From assembly GCA_964551925.1 (NCBI GenBank), contig CAZKFA010000004.1, positions 22,881-62,604 on the forward strand: DNA of 39,724 nucleotides, in the 5' to 3' direction. The DNA is from an uncultured Gammaproteobacteria bacterium. GTDB taxonomy: Bacteria > Cyanobacteriota > Vampirovibrionia > LMEP-6097. Below the pieces are notes generated by a model that was given only the letters and a program-made list of their open reading frames with translations, was not told the origin of the DNA and did not search any database. Below are positions 9,967 through 19,857 of the stretch, piece after piece; the first letter of the stretch is position 1, and each line of letters opens with the position of its first letter. Made by a program: the position numbers and the translations under genes.

Positions 9967-11210
9967 TGGAAAGACTAAGCACCAATTTACTCTATAGACT
10001 CTTTAGCTCTCAAGTAACTGATAGTCAGTCTGAAATTTATAAACTATCTAAGAACATAAATGCTGGTAAAAGATTCACATCACCTTATGAAGACCCAATT
10101 GGGATGATGAATTCAATTCAAACTCAAGGCAAAATCAAATTTAATGACCAAAGTATTCGTAACAATGAAGCTGCCACTGCAGAACTATCAACTTCAGAAA
10201 TCGCACTCAGGACAATGAAAGATGTCTTAGATAGAATTTCTGAAATTGCAATCAAAGCTGGTAATGATACAGCATCTAATGAAGAACGTCTTATTTATAG
10301 AGACGAACTCAGGAATCATGGTGAATTCTTAATTCAACTCGCGAATTCAAAAAATGGAGACAAATTTGTTTTCTCTGGCGAACAATCAAACATGCAAACA
10401 CTAAGATTAAGTCCTAGTGCAGCTTTCAATACTATCATATACAAAGACAATCTAGATAATGGAAAGAATAGAACGATAGACGGAGCAACTGCTAGTGTCT
10501 CAATCAAAGAGGCTTTTGTCGATAACGCTAGTAGCGCAACTTTATCCAGTCAAATAATTAATCCTATTCTAAGCAGCTCAGGCAACCTAGACTTACAAAT
10601 CAATGATGGCAATGACAATATATTAAATTTCAGTGTCAACTTCAGCTCTGGTGACAATCTCAGCACCAGTATAAGTAAAATCAATAGCGCCTTCAATATA
10701 GCTGGTGGGGTGGGTGCTATAGCACAAGAATCTCCAGCAGGTTATCTCAAGTTAGATAGCAGCTTAATCACAGGCAACAGCAAGAATAGCAAAGCTAAAA
10801 TACAATTAAAGTCAAGTTCATCATCTGCGATTACAAGTCAATTATCGCTCAAAAAAGAAGCTAGCTATGGCAAAGATGCTGGATTAATGAACACCCTAAC
10901 AGAACTGGAGACGGCTCTAACAAGCAATAATGGGGCAGCCATAAGAAACCTTATTCAGCGCATAAGATTCAATTCTGAACAAATCAGTTCTCTACAAAGC
11001 AAGATAGGCTTAATAAGCTCTCAGGTCGAAAGAGCTAACTCTGCAGCAGATGATCTCAATATTAAACTTCAAAGTGATTTATCTTCCATACAAGATATCG
11101 ATCTCATTGATGCTAATTTGAAATTGTCTAACGCCCAAGCCTCCTTGCAAACATCAATACAAACAACATCAAACTTCTTCTCGCAGTCGCTACTTAATTT
11201 CGTCAGATAA
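9966..11210 (+). CDS. flgL: Flagellar hook-associated protein FlgL-like, paralog 2
   Basis: INAGKRFTSPYEDP, LANSKNGDKFVFSG, LSSIQDIDL, SLLNFVR C-terminus. TAATG stop/start overlap with paralog 1. Confidence 0.85.
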   Translation: MERLSTNLLYRLFSSQVTDSQSEIYKLSKNINAGKRFTSPYEDPIGMMNSIQTQGKIKFNDQSIRNNEAATAELSTSEIALRTMKDVLDRISEIAIKAGNDTASNEERLIYRDELRNHGEFLIQLANSKNGDKFVFSGEQSNMQTLRLSPSAAFNTIIYKDNLDNGKNRTIDGATASVSIKEAFVDNASSATLSSQIINPILSSSGNLDLQINDGNDNILNFSVNFSSGDNLSTSISKINSAFNIAGGVGAIAQESPAGYLKLDSSLITGNSKNSKAKIQLKSSSSSAITSQLSLKKEASYGKDAGLMNTLTELETALTSNNGAAIRNLIQRIRFNSEQISSLQSKIGLISSQVERANSAADDLNIKLQSDLSSIQDIDLIDANLKLSNAQASLQTSIQTTSNFFSQSLLNFVR

Positions 11211-11223
11211 AGGATAAAAGCAA

Positions 11224-13413
11224 ATGTCATTCGGTGGTTTAAATATAAGCGTCTCAGGACTACTAGCCTCACAAGCAGGCTTAGATGTTACCAGCAACAA
11301 CATCGCTAACACTAATACAGTTGGCTATTCACGTAAAACTCTAACCTTCTCAGAAGGAGTCATAACTGGCTTCAGAACAAAACAAATCCTCTCTGGTGTT
11401 GTTGTTGATCAAATCACAAGAGTAAGAGATGAGTTTCTCGATCAGCAAATCAGGCAACAGGCTTCTAATGCAGGACGTGACAAAACTATAGCTGATTTAG
11501 CTGTAGCGATGAATGATATACTCGGCGAACCTAGCGACTCTGGCATCACTGCCAAACTAAATAGCTTCTTTCAAGCAGCTAGTGACTTAGCCACTAATCC
11601 AGATTCTAGTGCCGCGAAAGCTGTTTTTATCAACTCTGCTTCAGCATTAGCTGAAAGCTTTAATCAAGTAGATCAGTCAATTGGATTACTACAACAAAAT
11701 CTCAACGACAAACCGATTGGCAAAATTCCCACTGCCATAAATGAACTTAATCAAAAACTAGCTCGACTTTCTGATATTCACAGCCAAATTCTTGCTGCTG
11801 GTGGCAAGGATCAAGATACGTCAAATTTAAAAGATTCTAGAGACTTACTCTTAAATGACATCAGTAATCTTATTGACGTAAACTTAGTTAGATTTAGTGA
11901 TGGCAATTTGAGCAAACTAACTCTCAACGTAAATGCTAGTAGCGCACAAACAACTGGTTCCATCAATTTCCCTAATTTTGATAGCTCGATCAGTGGCATC
12001 AACTCCAGCAATAATACTTTAACCCTAACAGTAAACAATGGCAATGGGACAAGCACCGGTCCTTTCACTGTAAATTTTGAAAGTGGATCTACTATTAGAG
12101 ATGTTGTCAATAAGATCAATAAGTCCTTCAACGCCACTGGTGGACTAGGACAGATTGCTTCATTAGATGAAAGCGGTAAGTTAGTTCTACAAACAGCTTC
12201 AGTAAATGGAGCTGCTAACAACTCTTCTGCTGCTATAACGATAGACTCAGGTAGCACGGCTCTTGCAGTACTTGGATTAACGGCTGGAACCACCTCTGGA
12301 AGTGACTCTGATACTATCACATTATTAGATGGCAAAGGATTACATTATACTTTTGATTCAATTAGTGGCTCAACTGACATTGGTATAAATCCAAGCAAAT
12401 TAATTCTCAAAACGAACGACCCTTTAGAAACAACTATTGGCAGCATAGATTCATTCAAAGGCGTATTGGGTGGACTCTTTCAAATGATCAACAAAGATAT
12501 ACCAGAATTAAAAAAAGAATTATCAGATTTTGCCATGAGTATCAAAAAATCTGTCAATGATATATTGGCTTTGGGCAAGACTGCTAATGGCAATGCTGGA
12601 GCGGCATTGTTCACTGGGAATAGTGCTACTGATTTTGCAGTAAACAGTAACGTCATCAACAATAACTCCTTATTAACTCAAGGCAAGACTGGTGCAGTCA
12701 GTGATGGTAGTATTGCTGCCAGCGTTGCGGAATTATTTTTTGGCACTAATAATATTATTAGCAATGGAGCAAATTCAGAGAAAGTTTATATCGACTCACC
12801 TTCATCAAGCTATGTAACTAGCTCACTACCACTAATTCCAGGCAAAGTGATAACTATTAATGCTGATGGCTTAATTGATGATAATGGCAGTTCCGTTAAT
12901 GCTGGAACCAACGGTTTCGGTGGCGGCAGTTTAGTACAAATTGAATTTATCGACGCTAGTGGCGCCACAATCGGCTCAGCAATTGACTTCCCGACTAATG
13001 CTGGTGCACCGACTACTCGAGTCTCTTACACTGGAACTATTCCAAATGGAGCTGCTTTTGTTAGGTTCAAAATGAACTCAAGTTCTTTTAATGATAATAA
13101 CATTAGTAATAACTCTGGACACTTTGGTTTATCAATAGTTCAAGGTGTCGAGAACAGCTCCAGCAATAACCTTAATAATAAGGTAGCAAATATTGTAGGC
13201 AGCTTTGGTAGCAAAGGCAATGCTGCTATTGCTAAATCCGAGAACTCCACAAACTTACATGATTCACTCGCCAATAGACGCGATAGTATTAGTGGTGTCT
13301 CGATTGAAGAAGAAGCTGCAAATTTGATTAAATTCCAGAACAGCTTCAGCGCGAACGCTAGAGTGCTAAGTATCTGGAATCAAATCTTTGACGATATTAT
13401 TCGTATGATCTAG
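11224..13413 (+). CDS. flgK: Flagellar hook-associated protein FlgK
   Basis: N-terminal GLNISVSGLLASQAGLDVTSNNIANTNTVGYSR, ITRVRDEFLD, C-terminal SISGVSIEEEAANLIKFQNSFSANARV. Confidence 0.95.
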   Translation: MSFGGLNISVSGLLASQAGLDVTSNNIANTNTVGYSRKTLTFSEGVITGFRTKQILSGVVVDQITRVRDEFLDQQIRQQASNAGRDKTIADLAVAMNDILGEPSDSGITAKLNSFFQAASDLATNPDSSAAKAVFINSASALAESFNQVDQSIGLLQQNLNDKPIGKIPTAINELNQKLARLSDIHSQILAAGGKDQDTSNLKDSRDLLLNDISNLIDVNLVRFSDGNLSKLTLNVNASSAQTTGSINFPNFDSSISGINSSNNTLTLTVNNGNGTSTGPFTVNFESGSTIRDVVNKINKSFNATGGLGQIASLDESGKLVLQTASVNGAANNSSAAITIDSGSTALAVLGLTAGTTSGSDSDTITLLDGKGLHYTFDSISGSTDIGINPSKLILKTNDPLETTIGSIDSFKGVLGGLFQMINKDIPELKKELSDFAMSIKKSVNDILALGKTANGNAGAALFTGNSATDFAVNSNVINNNSLLTQGKTGAVSDGSIAASVAELFFGTNNIISNGANSEKVYIDSPSSSYVTSSLPLIPGKVITINADGLIDDNGSSVNAGTNGFGGGSLVQIEFIDASGATIGSAIDFPTNAGAPTTRVSYTGTIPNGAAFVRFKMNSSSFNDNNISNNSGHFGLSIVQGVENSSSNNLNNKVANIVGSFGSKGNAAIAKSENSTNLHDSLANRRDSISGVSIEEEAANLIKFQNSFSANARVLSIWNQIFDDIIRMI

Positions 13414-13428
13414 AATAGACTTGAGATC

Positions 13429-14367
13429 ATGCAAAATCAAATCATAGACGGCAAAGCAACTGCAGCTTCCATACGCAACGAACTGAAAAAGAATGTATCC
13501 TCTGCTACTGGAGTCCGCCAACCCGGTTTAGCTGTAATCTTAGTTGGTGATGATCCCGCTAGTCATTTCTATGTACAACGCAAGCAAGATGCCTGCAAAG
13601 AAGTTGGCATACAATCTTACAAGAGCATATTGCCAGCAACAACCTCAAAAGAATTACTAATCGCAGAGATTCAAAAATACAATACTGATGACAATGTCGA
13701 TGGTATTTTATTACAATTGCCTTTACCAGATAATTTAAGAAATTCAACACAAATAATTATCGACAATATCAGCCCAGATAAAGACGTTGATGGTTTAACG
13801 TCTTATAATCTAGGACAGCTTTTGGTGCGTTCCTCTAAAACCATCTATCCATGCACCCCAAAAGGTTGTATGGAATTACTAAAACGCTATAGCGTAATTC
13901 TCAAAGGCAAAAAAGCCATAGTGATTGGACGCAGCACCTTAGTAGGTATGCCTCTAGCTATTATGCTTAATCAAGCAGACGCCACAGTAACAATGGCTCA
14001 TAGCAAGACTCTTAATCTCAAAAAAGAAATTTCTCAAGCTGACATAGTGATTGCAGCAATCGGCATACCAGAAATGATCAAAGGTTCTTGGCTCAAAGAA
14101 AATGCTATTGTTATTGACGTTGGTATTAACACCGTATATTACAAAGATGGTGAACGTACCGCGGTGAACCCTAACTCCTCAAGTCATGAGAATAAGATCG
14201 ATAGTAATCTTCAACAGGCAAGTAAGCGCTTAGTCGGTGACGTAGAATTTTCAAGCGCTATACATAATTCCAAATTAATTACCCCTGTTCCTGGCGGCGT
14301 TGGGCCAATGACAGTAGCGATGTTACTTAGCAATACTGTTGAATTATGGCAAAGAAGATTATCTTGA
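13429..14367 (+). CDS. folD: Bifunctional methylenetetrahydrofolate dehydrogenase/cyclohydrolase
   Basis: IIDGK, PGLAVILVG, GILLQLPLP, PDKDVDG, PCTPKG, IGRS, ITPVPGGVGPMTVAML. Confidence 0.97.
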   Translation: MQNQIIDGKATAASIRNELKKNVSSATGVRQPGLAVILVGDDPASHFYVQRKQDACKEVGIQSYKSILPATTSKELLIAEIQKYNTDDNVDGILLQLPLPDNLRNSTQIIIDNISPDKDVDGLTSYNLGQLLVRSSKTIYPCTPKGCMELLKRYSVILKGKKAIVIGRSTLVGMPLAIMLNQADATVTMAHSKTLNLKKEISQADIVIAAIGIPEMIKGSWLKENAIVIDVGINTVYYKDGERTAVNPNSSSHENKIDSNLQQASKRLVGDVEFSSAIHNSKLITPVPGGVGPMTVAMLLSNTVELWQRRLS

Positions 14368-14377
14368 CTTGTTGCAA

Positions 14378-14505
14378 TTAAGGATGCCCTGAAAAATGGA
14401 TTATAGTTCCATTTTTCAGAAAGGCATCCGCTCAAAAAGCGAGCAACCACGCGAAGCGTGTGTTGCCCCTGCTAGAAGAATTTGAATTTTTCAGTGGATC
14501 CTTAA
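14378..14505. mobile_element. MITE-like palindromic element (128 bp, 20-bp terminal inverted repeats)
   Basis: TTAAGGATGCCCTGAAAAAT (14378-14397) matches the reverse complement of 14486-14505 at 18/20. Internal hairpins at 14382-14429 and 14443-14466. Confidence 0.7.
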
Positions 14506-14591
14506 AGAAGATTTTCATTCACTAGAAGTAAATAGTTATGTATAATATTATTACAAGTAATTCAACGATGAATTAAGTGGAGGACAAGAGA

Positions 14592-15806
14592 ATGATAGAT
14601 ACAGACTTAGGCCAAAGATTTATGATGGATGGTCGCGTTGATCGGCAAGGTTTTATAGCACCCAATACGACGCCAGAACTTCAAACAACTTCTACGCTAG
14701 TACCTGATGCAGCACTAGCATTTCCAGCAACTTCGACGGCAGCACCGACTACAACTCATAACTTAGTCGCAAGTGCTCCAATTAATATGCAAACCTCTGG
14801 CGAGCATATCGGACAAACTCTAGCACAAACCAGCACTGCAAGAGCAACATCAGAACCAACTGTAACCTTTAGCAATCCAGTTCAAGCTCCAGTTGTCACA
14901 AATGTTACGGCAGCAGGACTTGCTCAACAAGAGATCGTTGCTCCCCAAGACCTTGGCGCTCAAGTAGAAGCAAAACTCACCGCCTTTAGGCAAGCACTGA
15001 CAAAATTCGGTCCGGCTGAAAGACATTTATTAACTCACATGAAAGAAAATAGTCCTAAAGCTTTATTACTAAAAGCACTATTTTTATTACCAGTAGCATG
15101 GATGCTAGTCCTACAATTATTCAACCACAAACCTAGTCCTGAAGCGCAATCTAATATGGCAAGCGCGGCTAAAGCACTTGGTGAATTGAGCGTTGTACTA
15201 AAATCTGATCTAGAGCAGTCTATGAATCCAAACTTCATCAGAACTGTTCTCACAGAAACAACTGCTCCAGTAAATCGTAACGCTACTAAAACAGCTTTGG
15301 CTGCTGAAATCAAAACAGCTTACTCTCAAGTACCTGGAACTGATCTTGAAGCCTTCATCACTAGAGCCAGCACTGGTGACCTAAAGCAACAAATCATTGG
15401 TCATGTTTTTGATACGCTTATTTCTGACAGACTAAGCTCTGAATCTGCTGTCGAAGCCAAAACCAGACCTAATATGGATCTCAAGGAAGCTTTTAGATTA
15501 GTTAGTAGATTTATGAAAGTACAAGAAAAACTAGCTAAAGAAAGTGGAGTATTTGCTAGATTCATGGATCCAATGCGCGGAGTCTATGACAAAGTCGTTA
15601 AAGTATTTAAAGATTCTCAAGATGGCATGCAAGCCCAATTACTCAAAGGCTTACAAGGATTAAGTGGAGATGTTACTACAGCTGTTCAGCAAGTAGCTAA
15701 TGCTGTGGGACAGGCTGCTCCTGGCGTAATTCAACAAGCGGCTGATGCTTTAGGTGCCGCCGCAACTAAACAGCGCGCAAACCAAAAAAGTACTACAGCA
15801 GTTTAG
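14592..15806 (+). CDS. Hypothetical protein (Thr/Ala/Pro-rich N-terminus, one hydrophobic segment, helical C-terminus)
   Basis: Long ORF. GGAGG at 14579-14583 favours ATG 14592 over GTG 14577; TATAAT at 14541-14546; hydrophobic ALLLKALFLLPVAWMLVLQLF. Confidence 0.8.
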   Translation: MIDTDLGQRFMMDGRVDRQGFIAPNTTPELQTTSTLVPDAALAFPATSTAAPTTTHNLVASAPINMQTSGEHIGQTLAQTSTARATSEPTVTFSNPVQAPVVTNVTAAGLAQQEIVAPQDLGAQVEAKLTAFRQALTKFGPAERHLLTHMKENSPKALLLKALFLLPVAWMLVLQLFNHKPSPEAQSNMASAAKALGELSVVLKSDLEQSMNPNFIRTVLTETTAPVNRNATKTALAAEIKTAYSQVPGTDLEAFITRASTGDLKQQIIGHVFDTLISDRLSSESAVEAKTRPNMDLKEAFRLVSRFMKVQEKLAKESGVFARFMDPMRGVYDKVVKVFKDSQDGMQAQLLKGLQGLSGDVTTAVQQVANAVGQAAPGVIQQAADALGAAATKQRANQKSTTAV

Positions 15807-16962
15807 CTAAATTCGCTCTGTCGTAATAATATTGAAGTATCTCTTTATAACTTTTACCAGAGTCGCTCTTAGACTTGCTGCCATATTGTGACATGCCGAT
15901 ACCATGCCCGAAGCCATAGCCGCTAATACTTATGCCCTCAGAGGTATAACTAATAGTGAAATCTGTTGATTTAAGCTTAAGATGATGACGGAATTCCTCA
16001 CCAGTAAGCGTAACTTGGTTATCAGCACTAATCAACACTCTATCAACGCGCCCTGCCATCGAACGATTAATAATATTGATCCCAATAATATTATTATCCA
16101 ATTTCAAATCCATTAGGTTCTTTTTTAAGTCAGCTAAAGTAAAACTTTGTTGCCAATGGTAATTCTGGATCGCCACAGCACCTACGGTGGCTCGCGATGA
16201 CGAAATATATTCTGGCTTAGCTTGCAAAGATGAACTAAAGCTCAATCCCCAAGCAGCTTGAGCCGTATTAGTAAAACGCCCAGCATGGCTAGAATAATAA
16301 GCATCAATTAAATTCCCCTGATTATCAAGCAAGACCTCTCCTTTAGTCTCTAAGATTGCTTGATTTGTTCTCGAATCTTCTTTTTTGTAGCCAAGATACA
16401 TCTGATCAGTAACATCTGCATTCAAATCATAGCCACGATCCTTACGTCGCCCCAAATTCTTAAGCGTATAAGTTCTAGCAGCTACAGCTTGTGCCTTAAG
16501 CGCCTCAAGTCCCCAACTAGAGGGCATCTCACCAGGCACAACTCCTCGCAAATAATCTTCTAGATCAATCTTATTAATTACAGTGAAGTAAGTTTTACTT
16601 GGATTGATATTAATAGAACCACGAAAAATATTATAAATATTACTATCATCAATAGATTGTTTGAGTTTGAATAGACAGAGTCTCTGTGGATCACTGCACT
16701 CAAAACTCAGATTATCACTTGTCGTTAGTAAATTAGGCGGGCTAGCAATTACTAGCTTGTTAGCAGCAGCGGGCGAAGACCTCAACAGAACCCTGTCACC
16801 AGGTTTATTTGCTAACATTACTTGTCCATCAGCCTGCTTAACAACAAAGCTGTGATTAGCAGTAATATAGAGAGTATTAGTATCATATAAGCCAATATTA
16901 ATTGGAGTGGCAGCTTGAGATGACGGCTGTATAATAGTGAAGAGTAGTAACAACCAAATCAC
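15793..16962 (-). CDS. SpoIID/LytB-family lytic transglycosylase, secreted
   Basis: Signal peptide, [50 protein letters not shown]. Confidence 0.93.
   Translation of the reverse strand: MIWLLLLFTIIQPSSQAATPINIGLYDTNTLYITANHSFVVKQADGQVMLANKPGDRVLLRSSPAAANKLVIASPPNLLTTSDNLSFECSDPQRLCLFKLKQSIDDSNIYNIFRGSININPSKTYFTVINKIDLEDYLRGVVPGEMPSSWGLEALKAQAVAARTYTLKNLGRRKDRGYDLNADVTDQMYLGYKKEDSRTNQAILETKGEVLLDNQGNLIDAYYSSHAGRFTNTAQAAWGLSFSSSLQAKPEYISSSRATVGAVAIQNYHWQQSFTLADLKKNLMDLKLDNNIIGINIINRSMAGRVDRVLISADNQVTLTGEEFRHHLKLKSTDFTISYTSEGISISGYGFGHGIGMSQYGSKSKSDSGKSYKEILQYYYDRANLAKLL
16165..16201. repeat. REP/RPE-like palindromic unit in-frame within the spoIID-like gene
   Basis: GC-rich CTGGATCGCCACAGCACCTACGGTGGCTCGCGATGAC with stems ATCGC/GCGAT and CACC-TAC-GGTG; translates as [12 protein letters not shown]. 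Confidence 0.6.
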
Positions 16963-19007
16963 TTCAATAAATCCTCAAACTCAGCTTCACTAATAACTTT
17001 CACGCCACACTCTTGAGCCTTATCTAATTTAGAGCCGGCGTCAGCACCACAAAGCAAGTAACTAGTTTTCTTACTTACAGAGCTAGAAACCTTACCAGCA
17101 TTAGACTTGATGAGATCTTCATAATAAGATCTTGCTTGACTCAGGGTGCCAGTAATCACAAAGTTTAAACCAGAAAATTTATCACCAAGTTTTTTCTTGA
17201 CCTCTACCGATATATTTAGCAGATTAGGATTATCATCCAAATAGGTCTTAAACTGTTGATAATTATCACTATTAAACCATTCATGCAAAGATTCTACTAT
17301 CTTAGGACCAAGCCCATCAATAGCAATCAAAGCAGCTCCTGAATTGCTTCTCAGTTCCAGTTCTAAGCTTGATAAACCAGGAAAATAATCAGCAATCAAC
17401 TCAGCTACATTAACACCAATATGTTTAATACCAAGAGCATAAAGCAAACGAGCAAAACTACGATTGCGACTTAGTTTAATTGATTCAATTGCGTTAGTAG
17501 CTGATTTCTCTGCCATACGCTCCAAACCAACTAAATCATTAATATCAAGCTTATATAAATCAAGTGGAATGTTAATGAGCTTCTTAGCAAGTAATTCTTT
17601 AATCAATGCTGGTCCAACACCATTAATATCCATCGCAGCCTTAGAGCACCAGTGCTCGATCCGTCGCTGCACTTGTGCTGGACAAGAAGCGATATTAATA
17701 CAATAGTAGCTAACATCACTGCGTTCTACTGGAGACCCACAAACAGGACAAGAACTTGGAGCTACGATAGGAGCCGATTGCTGACTGCGTTTACTAAGAT
17801 TAACAGCAATAATCTCTGGTATAATCTCCCCAGCCTTACGCACTTGCACCCAATCACCAACTCTGACATCTAATTTAGCTATCTGATCAAAATTATGCAG
17901 CGTTGCGCGCTTCACCGTAGTACCAGCAAGTTGTACTGGCGTAAGATTAGCTACTGGAGTGATAGTACCAAGACGACCAACTTCATTCTCTACGGACTCG
18001 ACTTGGGTCTCTGCTATTTCAGCAGCAAACTTCAGAGCAATTGCCCAACGTGGGGTCTTGGCTGTAGAACCAAGAGTACGCTGTAAATTGAACTGATTAA
18101 CTTTAACAACAGCACCATCAATATCATAATCAAGACTATGCTTTTTATCTTGCCATTGATTATATAGTTGAATAACTTGATCAATATTTTTACAAACTAT
18201 ATTATGTGATGAATTCACCTTGAAACCTAATTGCTGTAAGTATTCCAGGCTTTGAGAATGAGTTTCAAAATTAATATCTGATGCTTCTAAAACTTGTCTT
18301 TTATTATCCGACAAAGCATTAGCAGGAAAAAAACTATAGAAAAAAGCATCTAAGTTGCGGCTCGCTGTAACTGCAGGATCTAATTGACGCAAGGAACCAG
18401 CAGCAGTATTGCGTGGATTAGCGTAGAGAGCCTCTGAGTTCAGTGCTTGCTCAGCATTAATCTTGTGAAAATTTTCCTTCCTGATAAAAACCTCACCACG
18501 AATAGAGATAGGTCCTTGATGATTAATTGTTTGCGGTAAAGTTTTAATTGTTCGAATATTAGCTGTTACATCCTCACCATACTTACCATCTCCCCGAGTT
18601 GCAGCACGCAATAACCGCCCTTGATTATAGTCAATAGCAATACTCAGACCATCAATCTTCAACTCAAACACATATTCTCGGTAAGTCTCTTCACCAATAA
18701 TCTTATTAATTCTATCTAGCCAATCTCGTATATCCTGCTCACCAAAAGCATTAGCTAAGCTAATCATAGGTAGCAAATGCTCTAGTTTAGTAAATTTACT
18801 CTGCTTAGGGGCTGCACCAACCCTCTGACTAGGACTATTAGAGGTAACTAACTCGGGATGAGCTTTCTCGATTGCAAGTAACTCTTGCATACAAGCATCA
18901 TAAACAGCATCATCAACAGTCGGAGAGTCTTCTAAGTAATAATTTTGATTCCACGCAAGTAGTTTTGTGACTAATTCTTGATATTCTTTATGGATATCAT
19001 TAGGCAT
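16959..19007 (-). CDS. ligA: NAD-dependent DNA ligase
   Basis: ELKIDG adenylation motif, [18 protein letters not shown], Cys4 Zn finger, HhH, BRCT ([11 protein letters not shown]). Confidence 0.98.
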   Translation of the reverse strand: MPNDIHKEYQELVTKLLAWNQNYYLEDSPTVDDAVYDACMQELLAIEKAHPELVTSNSPSQRVGAAPKQSKFTKLEHLLPMISLANAFGEQDIRDWLDRINKIIGEETYREYVFELKIDGLSIAIDYNQGRLLRAATRGDGKYGEDVTANIRTIKTLPQTINHQGPISIRGEVFIRKENFHKINAEQALNSEALYANPRNTAAGSLRQLDPAVTASRNLDAFFYSFFPANALSDNKRQVLEASDINFETHSQSLEYLQQLGFKVNSSHNIVCKNIDQVIQLYNQWQDKKHSLDYDIDGAVVKVNQFNLQRTLGSTAKTPRWAIALKFAAEIAETQVESVENEVGRLGTITPVANLTPVQLAGTTVKRATLHNFDQIAKLDVRVGDWVQVRKAGEIIPEIIAVNLSKRSQQSAPIVAPSSCPVCGSPVERSDVSYYCINIASCPAQVQRRIEHWCSKAAMDINGVGPALIKELLAKKLINIPLDLYKLDINDLVGLERMAEKSATNAIESIKLSRNRSFARLLYALGIKHIGVNVAELIADYFPGLSSLELELRSNSGAALIAIDGLGPKIVESLHEWFNSDNYQQFKTYLDDNPNLLNISVEVKKKLGDKFSGLNFVITGTLSQARSYYEDLIKSNAGKVSSSVSKKTSYLLCGADAGSKLDKAQECGVKVISEAEFEDLLK

Positions 19008-19008
19008 A

Positions 19009-19857
19009 TTATAAATAGTTTATCAATACTCCAAGTAGCGAACTAGTAATTAGAGATATAACAAATAACCAAATACTATGCTTCCAACCAATAATTTGTT
19101 TATAAACAAACAGACTAGTTAAATTAGTACCAGGTGCAGCAAGCATAAAGCTAATGATAGTACCAACACCAACATTCATTCTCAATAGCTCTTGGCTCAA
19201 AGGCACATCAGCACCAGCACAGAAATAAAAAGGAAAACCAATCAAGGAGCCAATAATAGGAAATAATATCTTATGGTTACCTTCTAAAAATAAAGCACTA
19301 AGGTTCGTCTCATGCAATAAACTCGCTATTACTACAGCTAATATTATCCATGGAAAAAAGGTCTTGAGCATAGAAACAATATCTGCCCATATCACTCTAT
19401 ACCAAACCTCATGCTCGCAACAACTGGTATGGGCTGCTATCTTCATCTCATAAGTTTCTTTATTCAATAGAACATAAGCAAGCAATGCAACAGTAACACC
19501 AAAAACTATAGAAGCTAGTAAGCGTAAAATCACAATCTTATAACCTAAAACCGAACTAAGGATTAAAGCTGGAATACTGCTAGCATTACCAGCAATCAAA
19601 AAAGCTAAGAGCAAAACCCAATGTACGCCTTTATTATGTATCTTATGTACCAATGGAATCATTCCACAAGTACACATAGGAATCAGCGCTCCTATAATAC
19701 TCGCAAGTAACAAATTAGGCAAACTCAATCTAGTAGAGCTTTTGAAAAAATCATCTGGCAAAAAATAATCCAATAAAGCTGCTACCAAAATAGCAAGAAT
19801 AAAAATTGGCAATATCTCCTGTACTAGAGTTAAAGCGTGATTAATGGTGTTCTGCAT
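19009..19857 (-). CDS. Predicted permease (DUF318/ArsP-like)
   Basis: Multi-TM protein with duplicated Cys motifs PMCTCGMIP and [11 protein letters not shown], plus FMLAAP. Confidence 0.8.
   Translation of the reverse strand: MQNTINHALTLVQEILPIFILAILVAALLDYFLPDDFFKSSTRLSLPNLLLASIIGALIPMCTCGMIPLVHKIHNKGVHWVLLLAFLIAGNASSIPALILSSVLGYKIVILRLLASIVFGVTVALLAYVLLNKETYEMKIAAHTSCCEHEVWYRVIWADIVSMLKTFFPWIILAVVIASLLHETNLSALFLEGNHKILFPIIGSLIGFPFYFCAGADVPLSQELLRMNVGVGTIISFMLAAPGTNLTSLFVYKQIIGWKHSIWLFVISLITSSLLGVLINYL

Noticed and set aside
14211-14450. 79-aa reverse ORF across the folD end and the palindromic element
   Set aside because: Mostly antisense to folD, with no transposase or other motif.
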